Shown here: one piece after another, positions 9,642-19,000 of the stretch | Layout: the number at the start of each line of letters is the position of its first letter | How positions within the stretch are numbered: position 1 is the first letter of the stretch | Source of the DNA: Blastocatellia bacterium | Lineage (GTDB): Bacteria; Acidobacteriota; Blastocatellia; RBC074 | Assembly (NCBI GenBank): GCA_038211695.1 | Contig: JBBQVH010000012.1 | Coordinates: 22,479-86,478, forward strand | Reading direction: 5' to 3' | Length of the DNA: 64,000 bases | Notes under the pieces: generated by a model | What the model was told of the DNA's origin: nothing | Database searches by the model: none | The model's input: only the letters and a program-made list of their open reading frames with translations | Made by a program: the position numbers and the translations under genes

Positions 9642-10604
9642 ATGGAGCTGCGAATGACGAAGACTCGACTTCTAACCCTGTTAATTTTATGCGCCGTGCT
9701 GATCTTTGGCGCTGGCGCGGTGATGCTTGCCACTGTGGATGGCCCGAAGAAGGCCGCCGCCTGGCTCTTCACGTCGTTTCGCGGTAATGGCGAAGACGGC
9801 CTGCATCTGGCTTACAGCCGCGACGGGTACAAGTGGACTGCACTGAAGAATGACCAATCTTTTCTGACGCCCGTCATCGGCACGAAGCTGATGCGCGACC
9901 CATGTATCGTGCAAGGGCCAGACGGAATTTTTCATATGGTCTGGACGACTGGATGGAATGATGATGGCTTCGGTTACGCCAGTTCAAAAGACCTGATCAC
10001 GTGGAGCGAACAGCAAACCCTGCCCGTCAATCGCAACGTGAAGGGCGCGAAGAACACCTGGGCGCCGGATGCGTTTTATGATGAAAAGACGAAGCGGTTT
10101 TTGATCGTCTGGGCAACGACCGTCCCTGGCCGGTTCCCCGAAACGGAAGGCCAGGACAAATACAATCACCGGCTTTATTACGTTGCGACAACGGACTTTC
10201 AAAAATTCACCGAGCCAAAACTCTTTTACAATCCGGGCTTCAATTCGATTGATGGCACGCTGCTGAAGGCAAATGGCAGGTATCAACTGGTCTTCAAGGA
10301 CGAGCGTCCGGGGCAGAAGAACCTGCGCATCGCGACGGCGGAGAAAGCGGAAGGGCCTTACAGCGAGCCTTCCGCGCCGATTTCAGGCGATTGGGTGGAA
10401 GGGCCATCAGTTGCGAAGATTGGCGACCGCTGGATGCTCTATTTCGATCATTACCACAACCCGCAATATTACGGCGCGCTGGAATCGAATGACTTCAAAC
10501 AGTGGCGGGACGTGTCGTCGAAAGTGTCGTTCCCGAAAGGACATCGCCACGGGACGGTACTTCAGGTCAGCGAGGAAGTGCTGGGCAAGCTTCTTTCGCA
10601 ATAA
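9642..10604 (+). CDS. Secreted five-bladed beta-propeller glycoside hydrolase (GH43-like), family uncertain
   Basis: 320 aa with a signal peptide. Motifs include LAYSRDGYKW, WAPDAFYDEKTKRFLIVW and WVEGPSVAKIGDRWMLYFDHY, which are reminiscent of the GH43/GH32-clan fold. I cannot fix the family by eye. Confidence 0.4.
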   Translation: MELRMTKTRLLTLLILCAVLIFGAGAVMLATVDGPKKAAAWLFTSFRGNGEDGLHLAYSRDGYKWTALKNDQSFLTPVIGTKLMRDPCIVQGPDGIFHMVWTTGWNDDGFGYASSKDLITWSEQQTLPVNRNVKGAKNTWAPDAFYDEKTKRFLIVWATTVPGRFPETEGQDKYNHRLYYVATTDFQKFTEPKLFYNPGFNSIDGTLLKANGRYQLVFKDERPGQKNLRIATAEKAEGPYSEPSAPISGDWVEGPSVAKIGDRWMLYFDHYHNPQYYGALESNDFKQWRDVSSKVSFPKGHRHGTVLQVSEEVLGKLLSQ

Positions 10605-10608
10605 TCCG

Positions 10609-10739
10609 GCTTGGAGTTAGAGCATGGAGTTCAGGCTTCAGCCTGCGGTTTGTAGTTCGGCCTTCAGGCCGTTTTGTGTCGAGGGTGACTCCAAGCTAAA
10701 GCTTAGTGACAAACCGCAGGCTGAAGCCTGAACTCCATG
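10609..10739. terminator. Long nested hairpin between convergent genes; likely bidirectional terminator or REP-like element
   Basis: 'gcatggagttcaggcttcagcctgcggtttgt' at 10621-10652 pairs with 'acaaaccgcaggctgaagcctgaactccatgc' at 10708-10739. There is additional outer pairing of cttggag with ctccaag. It sits between the stop of the + gene (10604) and the 3' end of the - gene (10760). Confidence 0.5.
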
Positions 10740-10759
10740 CTTGAAACGATAATGTCTAA

Positions 10760-13030
10760 TTATCGAAATGATTCGACGCGCATGATGTCGCTGTTGGAAG
10801 GGTCAACCCGCACGCAAAGCAGGTGGTGCATATCGGGCGAGAGCGAAAACGGCCCGCTGCCAACCGGGGCCAGAGGTTCCGGGTATTTGAGAATTTCGCG
10901 GTCGCGCCCGCTGGTGAAGTCGTGAAAGTAGATGACCTGCGCGTCGAAGGACTGTCTGCCGATGCCCAGATAATAAATTCCATCCTGCCCGGCTGCCCAG
11001 CAGCTTGTGCATTTGGGCAGCACGCCGTCCATCACCTTGGTGAACTCGCCCGTGTCCGTGCGCGCCTGCCACAATGAACTGTCATTGCCATCCTGCATGA
11101 AAAAGATCAGCTTGCCATCCGGCGAAACGGCCAGCGAAATCCCTCGCGTTTTCACTAAGTCCACAGCCTTGCCGCCACCCACCGGCAGCTTGATGATGCT
11201 GTTTGATCCTCCCGCGTAGACCCATTGGCCGTCGGGCGAAAAGACGGGATGAATGCCGGTCAGCCCCGCGCCGCGAATGGTCCAGTTTCCCTCGGTCTCC
11301 AGGTTGGCGAAGTACATTTCTCCGGTGCGGGCGTTGTTGAAAACGATGCGGCGGCCATCCGGCGACCAGTGCCCGACGGAAGGATAGACCGCGCCTTTGG
11401 TGATTTGGGTTTGATGATTACCGTCAGCATCGCTGATCCACAGTTGCTCTTCGCCGCTGCGATCGGAGCGGAAGCAGATTTTGTCGCCCGCAGGAGAATA
11501 CTGCGGTGAGGCATCTTGCGCGGAAGAAGCGATCAGGCGCGTCCACTTCTTCTCTTTCAAATCCAGCCGCCAGATGTTGCGATCCTGCTGCTGGACAGAG
11601 TAGGCGAGCGTCGAGGATGCGCGAGCCAGGGACAATTCCATTGGGAACTCGGCGTAAATGCCGACAGGCTGTGGGTTCTTTTCGGGCATGGGCGCGTCAG
11701 TGCGCAGCTTCCATAACCGGAATTCGCCGCCGCGATCGGAGGCAAAGACAATTTCCCGGCTGCCGCTCGACCAGTCGTGGCCGCTGATTTGTTTGGCATC
11801 GGCAGTCAATTGCCCGGGCGCGCCGCCGGTCACCGGGATTGAATAAAGTTCCTGGTGCGAGCGGTGAATATGGCGAATGAAAGTAATGACGCTGCCATCG
11901 GGAGAAAAGCGAGGGTCCATATCGCCGCCGACCATTTGCCCCGGTTTGGTCAGTGACTTTTTCTCGCCGGTCGCGACGTTGACCAGAAACAGTCCGTTGG
12001 GCTTTTCCGTCGAATCGGAATGTGAAACCACCAGCCATTGCCCGTCCGGAGACCAATCCAGCAGGCGATTCGGAAAACCGTAGTTGGGCGGGGTAAACCG
12101 CGCGACCAGACGATTCGGGGTGCTCGCTCCCGCACCATTTTCCCCGGAACTCTTTTCCCCCAGGCTCTTTTCTAAAGATGCGATCAACACCTCCGTCGCT
12201 GTCGGCTCAATCCGCAAAAAGGCCAGCGCCTTGCCATCGGGTGACCAGGCCGGACTGCTGTAATGTCCCTTTTCCCAGGTGATGCGCGTCGGTGCGCTGT
12301 CGGCTACCGCTTGGATGCAAATGTCGGGGGGCTGTCCATTGCCTTGATCCCACAAAAACGCCACGCGCTTTCCATCGGGCGAAAGCGCTGGTTGCAATTC
12401 TTTCCCGGGCAGGCGCGTGAAAGGCGACACACGAAACATGGCCTCTGACGAACGCGCATTCCTTTGAAGCACAAACCATCCGACGGCAGCCACAATGGCA
12501 ACGACAAGCGCCAGAGCAATCGCAATGGCAGTGAAGGATGCTTTTCGGAAGCCTATCCGTGGGATCGAGACGGGGATAGGGTAAGAAAGATAAGTCTCCT
12601 CCTGCGGCCTGACGATGTCAGGCTCAAGGACAAGGTCGGCGGCCTGAGATTCGCCCCCTTTTTCCTGGATGCCTTCTCGCAAGTTCTGGTGGCCGTTGGC
12701 GGCTGGGGTTTCCACCACCACCGGGCCGAGCAGCCTATATCCTCGTCCGGGAAATGTTTCGATAAAAGCCGGCGTCCCGCGTTCGGCGGCGAGTGCTCGC
12801 CGCACCATCGCGATGTTCTGCGTCAGATTGGCTTCGTCCACGATGCGGTTAGGCCAGATCGCATTTAACAATTCTTCCTTGGGCACCACCTGACCGAAGT
12901 TTTCAACTAATACCAGCAGCGTTTCGACAGCCTTTCGAGTCATTGCCACCGTCTGGCCGTCCTTCAATAGCACCTTGGCCGTGGCGTCCAGGCAAAATGA
13001 TTCGAATCTGTAAAGCTGATGTGGATTCAA
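10760..13030 (-). CDS. Membrane-anchored winged-helix (OmpR/CadC-type) transcriptional regulator with periplasmic TolB-like beta-propeller
   Basis: 756 aa. The N-terminal wHTH region (YRFESFCLDATAKVLLKDGQTVAMTRKAVETLLVLVENFGQVVPKEELLNAIWP) is followed by a TM helix (FTAIAIALALVVAIVAAVGWFVL) and repeated TolB-type motifs (SPDGKRVAF, SPDGQWLVV, SPDGSVITF, SPDGRRIVF). The apparent start codon is TTG. Confidence 0.7.
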   Translation of the reverse strand: MNPHQLYRFESFCLDATAKVLLKDGQTVAMTRKAVETLLVLVENFGQVVPKEELLNAIWPNRIVDEANLTQNIAMVRRALAAERGTPAFIETFPGRGYRLLGPVVVETPAANGHQNLREGIQEKGGESQAADLVLEPDIVRPQEETYLSYPIPVSIPRIGFRKASFTAIAIALALVVAIVAAVGWFVLQRNARSSEAMFRVSPFTRLPGKELQPALSPDGKRVAFLWDQGNGQPPDICIQAVADSAPTRITWEKGHYSSPAWSPDGKALAFLRIEPTATEVLIASLEKSLGEKSSGENGAGASTPNRLVARFTPPNYGFPNRLLDWSPDGQWLVVSHSDSTEKPNGLFLVNVATGEKKSLTKPGQMVGGDMDPRFSPDGSVITFIRHIHRSHQELYSIPVTGGAPGQLTADAKQISGHDWSSGSREIVFASDRGGEFRLWKLRTDAPMPEKNPQPVGIYAEFPMELSLARASSTLAYSVQQQDRNIWRLDLKEKKWTRLIASSAQDASPQYSPAGDKICFRSDRSGEEQLWISDADGNHQTQITKGAVYPSVGHWSPDGRRIVFNNARTGEMYFANLETEGNWTIRGAGLTGIHPVFSPDGQWVYAGGSNSIIKLPVGGGKAVDLVKTRGISLAVSPDGKLIFFMQDGNDSSLWQARTDTGEFTKVMDGVLPKCTSCWAAGQDGIYYLGIGRQSFDAQVIYFHDFTSGRDREILKYPEPLAPVGSGPFSLSPDMHHLLCVRVDPSNSDIMRVESFR

Positions 13031-13372
13031 GACTTACTCACGATTTTAGATTTCTTTTGGAAACTTTTCAGATGCGACTTATTGATGAAAACTAGGCAAA
13101 GGCATATTAAGTCCCGTCATCATTGCTGGTCAAACCCGTATCTAAGCTAGATCGAACGTTCCCGTGTAGAAAGTTTCGGATCATAGCCGCGGCCACTCTT
13201 CCATCCTTAAAACAGGAGTCGCTGCGATACAAACCGGGTTCAAGAATCTATATAAACAAACATACAAAGCTGGCTTTGCTGGGATCAATTTTTAGCGTCA
13301 ATGGCTTCTACAAAACCTCTTGTAGGAGGGTTGTTGGCCTATCCGTTACTTTGCGTTGAGCAAGGAGATCCC

Positions 13373-16300
13373 ATGAAAAAAAGATTTCTCGCGGTCACAC
13401 ATTATTGGGTGATGGCAGCGGCCATTTTATTGGCCGGTAGCGTTTTCGGGCAAAGTGCCGGTTCAATTTCCGGCACAGTGAAAGATGGCAACAACGCGGC
13501 GATTGCCGGCGCTGCTATCACGGTTGTCAATCCGGCCAAAAGCATTACGCAGACAGCAAGCACCAATTCCGATGGAGGCTTTGTTTTCCCCCAACTGCCG
13601 CCAGGCGCATACACCATCACCGTGGAGAAGTCAGGTTTCAAGAAGGTTGAGAAGAGCAACGTCATCCTGAGCACAGGCGACAGGCTCAACGCGGGCGACT
13701 TCGTACTGGAAATCGGCAATGTAACTGAGGCGATCCAGATTCAGGCCGACGCGGGCCAATTGCAGATCAAGTCCGAATCAGGCGAACGCTCCGACCTGGT
13801 TTCGGGTCAGCAGATTCGGAACATCGGTCTGAATGGGCGCAACGTGATTGACCTGGCGAAGCTGGTTCCGGGCGTTATTTCCGGCGGCCCCGCGTCAGGC
13901 AGCGGAGCTTCCACCGTCAACAACATCACCGGGAGCTTCAATATCAATGGCACTCGCAGCAGCCAACACGAATATACCGTTGACGGCGTCACCAACTTCA
14001 ACCTCGGTAACAACACCGGGGCGCTGGTTTCGGTAAACCCCGATGCGCTGGAAGAGGTCAAGATTCTGACCTCGAATTATCAGGCCGAATATGGGCGCAG
14101 CGGCGGCGGCTTCATCGCGCTGACCACACGCGGAGGCACGAATCAGTATCACGCTACCGGTCGCTACTTCCGTCGCCACGACAGCTTGAATGCCAACACA
14201 TTCTTCAACAACGCGCGGGGCGGTCAGGGGACTTTTTCGCGCCCGCTGTATCGCTTCAAATACTACGGCTGGGATTTTGGCGGGCCGGTCATTGCGCCGC
14301 GCTTTGGCGAAGGCGGATCGCCGATTTGGAATGGGAAAGAAAAGCTCTTCTTCTTCATCAACCAGGAATATTACAGCCAACTGGTGCCACAATTGTCGTC
14401 GGTCAACATTCGCGTTCCCACGGCGGCTGAACGCGCGGGCGATTTCTCGCAATCGGTGGACGGTGGCGGCAACAGGATTTATATCAAAGACCCGTTACTT
14501 TCGGGGGCGTGCAGCGCAGCCAGCCAGGCGGCTTGCTTCCCCGGCAACATTATCCCCGCGAACCGCCTGTACGGCACAGGCCGGGCGATTCTCAATCTCT
14601 TCCCCGCGCCGAACACGACGGCGGGCGGCAACAATTACAACTACAGTTCGCAGGTGCCCAGCGCATATCCGCGCCGCGAAAACATCATTCGCGTTGATTA
14701 TCAGGTTTCCACCGCCACGCGCTTGAGCGGACGCTGGGTTCACAACTTCGACGATCAACAATTCGCTTACGGCACGACGACGGCTTCGTGGAACTGGCCG
14801 CTGACAGTTGCTGACCGCAGGAATGGGCCGGGCAACGTGCTGTCATTCACGCTGACCCACAACTTCAGCCCGACGCTGATCAACGAATTCACCTACGGCG
14901 CGGGGCGTGGCGGCGTGACAATTGCGCCATCGGATGACAGGGCCACGCGCACAGTGACGGGCATCAACACGCCGCTGCTCTATCCCAACGCGAACGAAGC
15001 GAACCTGATCCCCACGATCATTATGGGCGCGGTGCCGAACGCCAGCGCGCTGGGCAATACTTCAATCTTTGGGACATTCGATCAACGCTTCGTTATCAAC
15101 AACTTCATTGATAATCTGACGAAGGTCGCGGGCAAGCACGTGCTCAAGTTCGGCCTTTATTACCAGCGTGCCTCGAACGCCAGCAACTCGCAGAACCACG
15201 TTCAGGGCGACATTGATTTTTCGAACAACGCCTCGAACCCGCTCAACAGCGGCTACGCCTATGCCAACACGCTGCTTGGCATTTACAACACCTACACCCA
15301 GGCCAGCTCGAAGGTGAAACAGAGCTACTTTTATCAAGACATCTCCGGCTACGTGCAGGACACCTGGAAAATCATGCCGCGCCTGACGCTCGATTTAGGA
15401 CTCCGGCTTTCGTACTACGAGCCGTATCACAACATCGTCGGGCCGGAGAGCTTCTTTAACCCAGCGCTGTTTGATCCGGCCAAGGCGACGCGTATTTATC
15501 GTCCCGTTTGCGTTGGCGCTTCGACATGTTCGGCTGGACAGGCCGCGTATCGCGCGCTTGATCCGACCACGACCGGCGCAGCGACATTGGCGAACACACA
15601 ACCGGGCTTTCTGGTTGGCAAGCTGGTGCCGAACAGCGGCGATTTAACCAACGGCCTGGGGCTGGTCACGAACGGGTATCCGGCGGGCGGACTGGATACG
15701 CATCCAATCTTGCCGCAGCCGCGTCTGGGCTTTGCCTGGGACGTAACCGGCCACCACAAGATGGTTGTGCGCGGCGGATTCGGTATTGCCTATGACCGTT
15801 ATCGCAGCGACGTCAACGGCAGTGGCGCAGCAAACCCGCCGTATGTCTTCAACCCAACTCTTAACTTCGGCTACCTGCAAGATATTCAGCCCGGCGGGAG
15901 CGGCGCGTTATCGCCTTCAGCGATTTTCGGCGTTGACCGCCAGGGCGACTGGGGAGCGGTCTACAGCTACAGCATCGGCGTGCAGCGGGAGCTATTCAAA
16001 GACACTGTGATTGATGTGTCTTACGTCGGATCGCAATCGCGCCACCTGCCGCGCACCCAAAACTTGAACGCCATTCCTTTGGGAACGACGTTTAAGGCTG
16101 CGTCGCAAGACCCAACGCGATACGCGGGCGGCGTCATTCCGGCTGCTGAACCTGGGTTGCCTGCGGCGCACCAAGCGGCGGGACTCGGCTACAGCGGACA
16201 GTTCGCGCTGGCGGCGGACTTCCTGCGGCCATATCAAGGCTATGCCGACATTACCTATCGGTCATTCGACGCCAACTCGCTCTACAACTCGTTGCAGGTG

Positions 16301-17104
16301 TCGGTCCAGCGCCGTTTCGCCAAGGGCTTGACGTTGGGTATTGCCTACACATTATCGAAAGTGATGACAACGGTTTCTGACGAAACCACCATCACCAATA
16401 TCAATAACCCCAGAGCGTATGACTATGCCTTGGCGACCTTCGACCGTACGCATTTCTTTGTTGCGAACTATGTGTGGGACTTGCCGCGAGGCACAAGGCT
16501 GGTCGGCGACCACTGGCTGACGCGCGCGGCTTTTGATAACTGGACGATCAGCGGAATCTCGACGGTCGGTTCCGGGAACCCGGCGGAATTAGGATTGAGC
16601 ATCGCGGGCCAGGATGCGGGCAATCGTTTGCTGGGCGCATACACCAACGGCAATCTTTCCGGGCAACAGCCGCGCTTATACGTTAGCGGCGCAGCGCAGA
16701 GCGCGCCCGACCAGATCAACCTGTCGGCTTTTACTGTTCCGGGCATCAACGACAAGGGGCCATATGCGCGCTTCTACCTGCGCAACCCCGGCATCAATAA
16801 CCACGACCTCTCGGTACTCAAGAACTTTCCATTTGGAGGAGAAGGGAAGTACCGCTTGCAGTTGCGCGTGGAGATGTTCAACTTTCTGAATCACACGCAA
16901 TTTTCCGGCGTCAACCGGACGACCAACATCACCAACGGCGCGGGACAGACCGGAGCGGCGATATTCGGCAACTACACGGGGCTGACCGTGACCAACAACA
17001 CGCGACCAGCGGGCAGTACATCGGTGCCCGGAACGTACTTCGGCGAATACAGTGCCGCCCGCGACCCGCGCATTATCCAGTTGGCCGCAAAGTTCTTTTT
17101 CTGA
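13373..17104 (+). CDS. TonB-dependent receptor (CarboxypepD_reg N-domain + plug + beta-barrel)
   Basis: About 1243 aa from the ATG at 13373. AAGGAG lies 7 nt upstream. Signal peptide MKKRFLAVTHYWVMAAAILLAGSVFGQ. The G(S/T)I(S/T)GTVKD...G(A)...VTV Ig-like regulatory domain is present, with GNIIPANRL and a terminal aromatic (…AAKFFF) typical of an outer-membrane barrel. Confidence 0.8.
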   Translation: MKKRFLAVTHYWVMAAAILLAGSVFGQSAGSISGTVKDGNNAAIAGAAITVVNPAKSITQTASTNSDGGFVFPQLPPGAYTITVEKSGFKKVEKSNVILSTGDRLNAGDFVLEIGNVTEAIQIQADAGQLQIKSESGERSDLVSGQQIRNIGLNGRNVIDLAKLVPGVISGGPASGSGASTVNNITGSFNINGTRSSQHEYTVDGVTNFNLGNNTGALVSVNPDALEEVKILTSNYQAEYGRSGGGFIALTTRGGTNQYHATGRYFRRHDSLNANTFFNNARGGQGTFSRPLYRFKYYGWDFGGPVIAPRFGEGGSPIWNGKEKLFFFINQEYYSQLVPQLSSVNIRVPTAAERAGDFSQSVDGGGNRIYIKDPLLSGACSAASQAACFPGNIIPANRLYGTGRAILNLFPAPNTTAGGNNYNYSSQVPSAYPRRENIIRVDYQVSTATRLSGRWVHNFDDQQFAYGTTTASWNWPLTVADRRNGPGNVLSFTLTHNFSPTLINEFTYGAGRGGVTIAPSDDRATRTVTGINTPLLYPNANEANLIPTIIMGAVPNASALGNTSIFGTFDQRFVINNFIDNLTKVAGKHVLKFGLYYQRASNASNSQNHVQGDIDFSNNASNPLNSGYAYANTLLGIYNTYTQASSKVKQSYFYQDISGYVQDTWKIMPRLTLDLGLRLSYYEPYHNIVGPESFFNPALFDPAKATRIYRPVCVGASTCSAGQAAYRALDPTTTGAATLANTQPGFLVGKLVPNSGDLTNGLGLVTNGYPAGGLDTHPILPQPRLGFAWDVTGHHKMVVRGGFGIAYDRYRSDVNGSGAANPPYVFNPTLNFGYLQDIQPGGSGALSPSAIFGVDRQGDWGAVYSYSIGVQRELFKDTVIDVSYVGSQSRHLPRTQNLNAIPLGTTFKAASQDPTRYAGGVIPAAEPGLPAAHQAAGLGYSGQFALAADFLRPYQGYADITYRSFDANSLYNSLQVSVQRRFAKGLTLGIAYTLSKVMTTVSDETTITNINNPRAYDYALATFDRTHFFVANYVWDLPRGTRLVGDHWLTRAAFDNWTISGISTVGSGNPAELGLSIAGQDAGNRLLGAYTNGNLSGQQPRLYVSGAAQSAPDQINLSAFTVPGINDKGPYARFYLRNPGINNHDLSVLKNFPFGGEGKYRLQLRVEMFNFLNHTQFSGVNRTTNITNGAGQTGAAIFGNYTGLTVTNNTRPAGSTSVPGTYFGEYSAARDPRIIQLAAKFFF

Positions 17105-17131
17105 GGTTTGCGGCCTCACCCGGAAAGTAGC

Positions 17132-17193
17132 GTTCAGAGTTCACGCTTCAGCGTGTCTAAAGCTGAAAACACGCTGAAGCGTGAACTCTGAGC
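17132..17193. terminator. Near-perfect 23 bp stem hairpin after the receptor gene
   Basis: 'ttcagagttcacgcttcagcgtgt' then a 12 nt loop then 'acacgctgaagcgtgaactctgag'. The gagttcaNgcttcagc core is shared with the 10621 hairpin. Confidence 0.55.
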
Positions 17194-17218
17194 CTTATTT
17201 CAATCAGATCATCTCAAA

Positions 17219-17992
17219 ATGAAAAAGCTACTTCTGGCGATTGTCGTGATGACGGTGTTTATTATTCCGGTCAGCGGCATTGCCTTAACAGCAGTAGAAG
17301 ACGGTTGGGTGTCGTTGTTCAATGGCCGTAACCTTGATGGCTGGTACACGTTCCTGCCCTCCACCGGAAAGAGCAAAGATTCCCACGGTGTATTCAAAGT
17401 CGAAAAAGGAATGATCCACATCCTGGACATCCCGGTGACGGCGGAAAAGCAGGAGTTTGGCTATCTGGCCACCGAAAAAGAGTTCTCCCATTGCCGCATC
17501 CGCGCCGAATTCAAATGGGGTGTTAAACGCTTCCCGCCGCATCAGGAAGACAAACGAGACAGTGGATTGCTCTATTACTTCACCGGCCCCGACAAGATTT
17601 GGCCTCGCGCGCTGGAATGCCAGATTCAGGAGACAGACGTAGGAGACCTATGGATATTGGATGGAATCACCATCACTACAAACGTCGAGACCGATCGTTA
17701 CCCGATGTATTCTCTTCCGAGGTCGGTGCCTCGCACACAGAACAGAGGTCGCATCATCAAATCCGGAGACTTCGAAGATCGCAGCGGGTGGAATACCGTC
17801 GAAGTCATTCTTGACGGCGACCGCGTTACGCATCTGGTCAATGGCCGGGCTGTTCTACGAGCTTGGGAATTGAAACAACCCGATCCTCAAGATTCAACCA
17901 AAACCATTCCGCTTGATCGTGGCCGGCTGATGCTGCAAGCGGAGGGAGCCGAAATCTGGTTCCGCAATGTGCAGATGAAACCGCTGCGATAA
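17219..17992 (+). CDS. DUF1080 family protein (3-keto-disaccharide hydrolase-like, LamG/GH16-like fold), secreted
   Basis: 257 aa with a signal peptide. DGWVSLFNGRNLDGWYTF...GVFKVEKGMIHIL... is the hallmark DUF1080 N-terminal motif. The C-terminal WFRNVQMKPL follows the family pattern. Confidence 0.65.
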   Translation: MKKLLLAIVVMTVFIIPVSGIALTAVEDGWVSLFNGRNLDGWYTFLPSTGKSKDSHGVFKVEKGMIHILDIPVTAEKQEFGYLATEKEFSHCRIRAEFKWGVKRFPPHQEDKRDSGLLYYFTGPDKIWPRALECQIQETDVGDLWILDGITITTNVETDRYPMYSLPRSVPRTQNRGRIIKSGDFEDRSGWNTVEVILDGDRVTHLVNGRAVLRAWELKQPDPQDSTKTIPLDRGRLMLQAEGAEIWFRNVQMKPLR

Positions 17993-18016
17993 GTTCATTC
18001 CCGTGGGAGACATCGC

Positions 18017-18868
18017 TTGAGATTTCGCACTCTACTTATCACTGTTTGTCTGTTGTCCTTTCCATTCCTTTCTTCCGTCAGCGGCAAGCCTCAAAAGGTT
18101 AAGGTTGGTTATTGCGGAGCATTGAAAGAGATGGACGCGACCAAAGCGGCTGCGTTCGATTACATGGAGATTCGGACTTCTGAAGTCGCGGCGTTGTCGG
18201 ATGAAGATTATGAAAAGCTGGTGACAAAAGTACGGCAGATCGGAATTTCGGTGCCGGTCGGATACTGGTTTGTTCCCGCCAACATCAAGCTGACGGGGCC
18301 TCACACAGACAAAGAGCAGCAGATGAATTACCTCCGGAAAGCACTTGATCGCGTCTCGAAATTGGGCGTCCGGCTGATTGTTTTCGGCAGCGGCGATGCC
18401 CGCAGAGTTCCCGAAGGGTTTCCTCAAAAAGAGGCATTTCAGCAGTTGGTCGAGTTCTGCCAGCGCGTCGGGCCGCTGGCCGCTGCCAGCAACATCACGA
18501 TTGCGATTGAGGCCCAGCGCCGCCAGGAATGCAACATCATCAACACCGCGGCGGAAGGGCTGGAGTTGGTCAACGCCGTCAATCATCCAAACATTCAACT
18601 AATGATTGACTTCTATCACTTTGCCATCGAAAAGGAAGACCCGGCGATTATTCTGAAGGCAAAAGATCATATCCGGCATCTGCATATGGCCAACCCTACA
18701 GGCCGCGTTTTTCCACTGAATGCGCAAGAATATGACTATGCGCCTTTCTTCAGGAACTTGCGCAAGATCGGCTATGACGGACGAATCAGTCTGGAAGCTC
18801 GCGCCTCGGACTTCGCCAAAGACTCGCCGCAAGCCATTGCCTTTTTGCGCGGCGCTTTTACCCAATAA
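18017..18868 (+). CDS. Sugar phosphate isomerase/epimerase (xylose-isomerase-like TIM barrel) with signal peptide
   Basis: 283 aa. N-terminal signal peptide. TIM-barrel AP-endonuclease-2-like motifs include LIVFGSG, IAIEAQRRQECNIINT and MIDFYHF. Confidence 0.75.
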   Translation: MRFRTLLITVCLLSFPFLSSVSGKPQKVKVGYCGALKEMDATKAAAFDYMEIRTSEVAALSDEDYEKLVTKVRQIGISVPVGYWFVPANIKLTGPHTDKEQQMNYLRKALDRVSKLGVRLIVFGSGDARRVPEGFPQKEAFQQLVEFCQRVGPLAAASNITIAIEAQRRQECNIINTAAEGLELVNAVNHPNIQLMIDFYHFAIEKEDPAIILKAKDHIRHLHMANPTGRVFPLNAQEYDYAPFFRNLRKIGYDGRISLEARASDFAKDSPQAIAFLRGAFTQ

Positions 18869-19000
18869 GGTGGTGCGCGGACAAGGATGCCCGCTTCGAT
18901 TGCGACGTGAAGAACTTGTAGGCAGGACATAAACAATCCCCCGCTGGCGATTGGGATTGAACCGAATGGTAGTTATATCTAAACAAAATGGAGGTTTGTG

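Noticed and set aside
13895-14452. Long antisense ORFs inside the receptor and CAZyme genes: 13895..14452(-), 27108..27923(-), 43790..44782(-), 45302..46258(-), 24702..25649(-), 23743..24369(-), 32644..33552(-), 33556..34329(-), 52799..53881(-), 62506..63099(-), 63143..63850(-) and 30256..31029(-)
   Set aside because: These are typical spurious open frames on the opposite strand of high-GC genes. They have low-complexity Arg/Ala/Gly composition and no recognisable motifs, and they fully overlap strongly supported genes.
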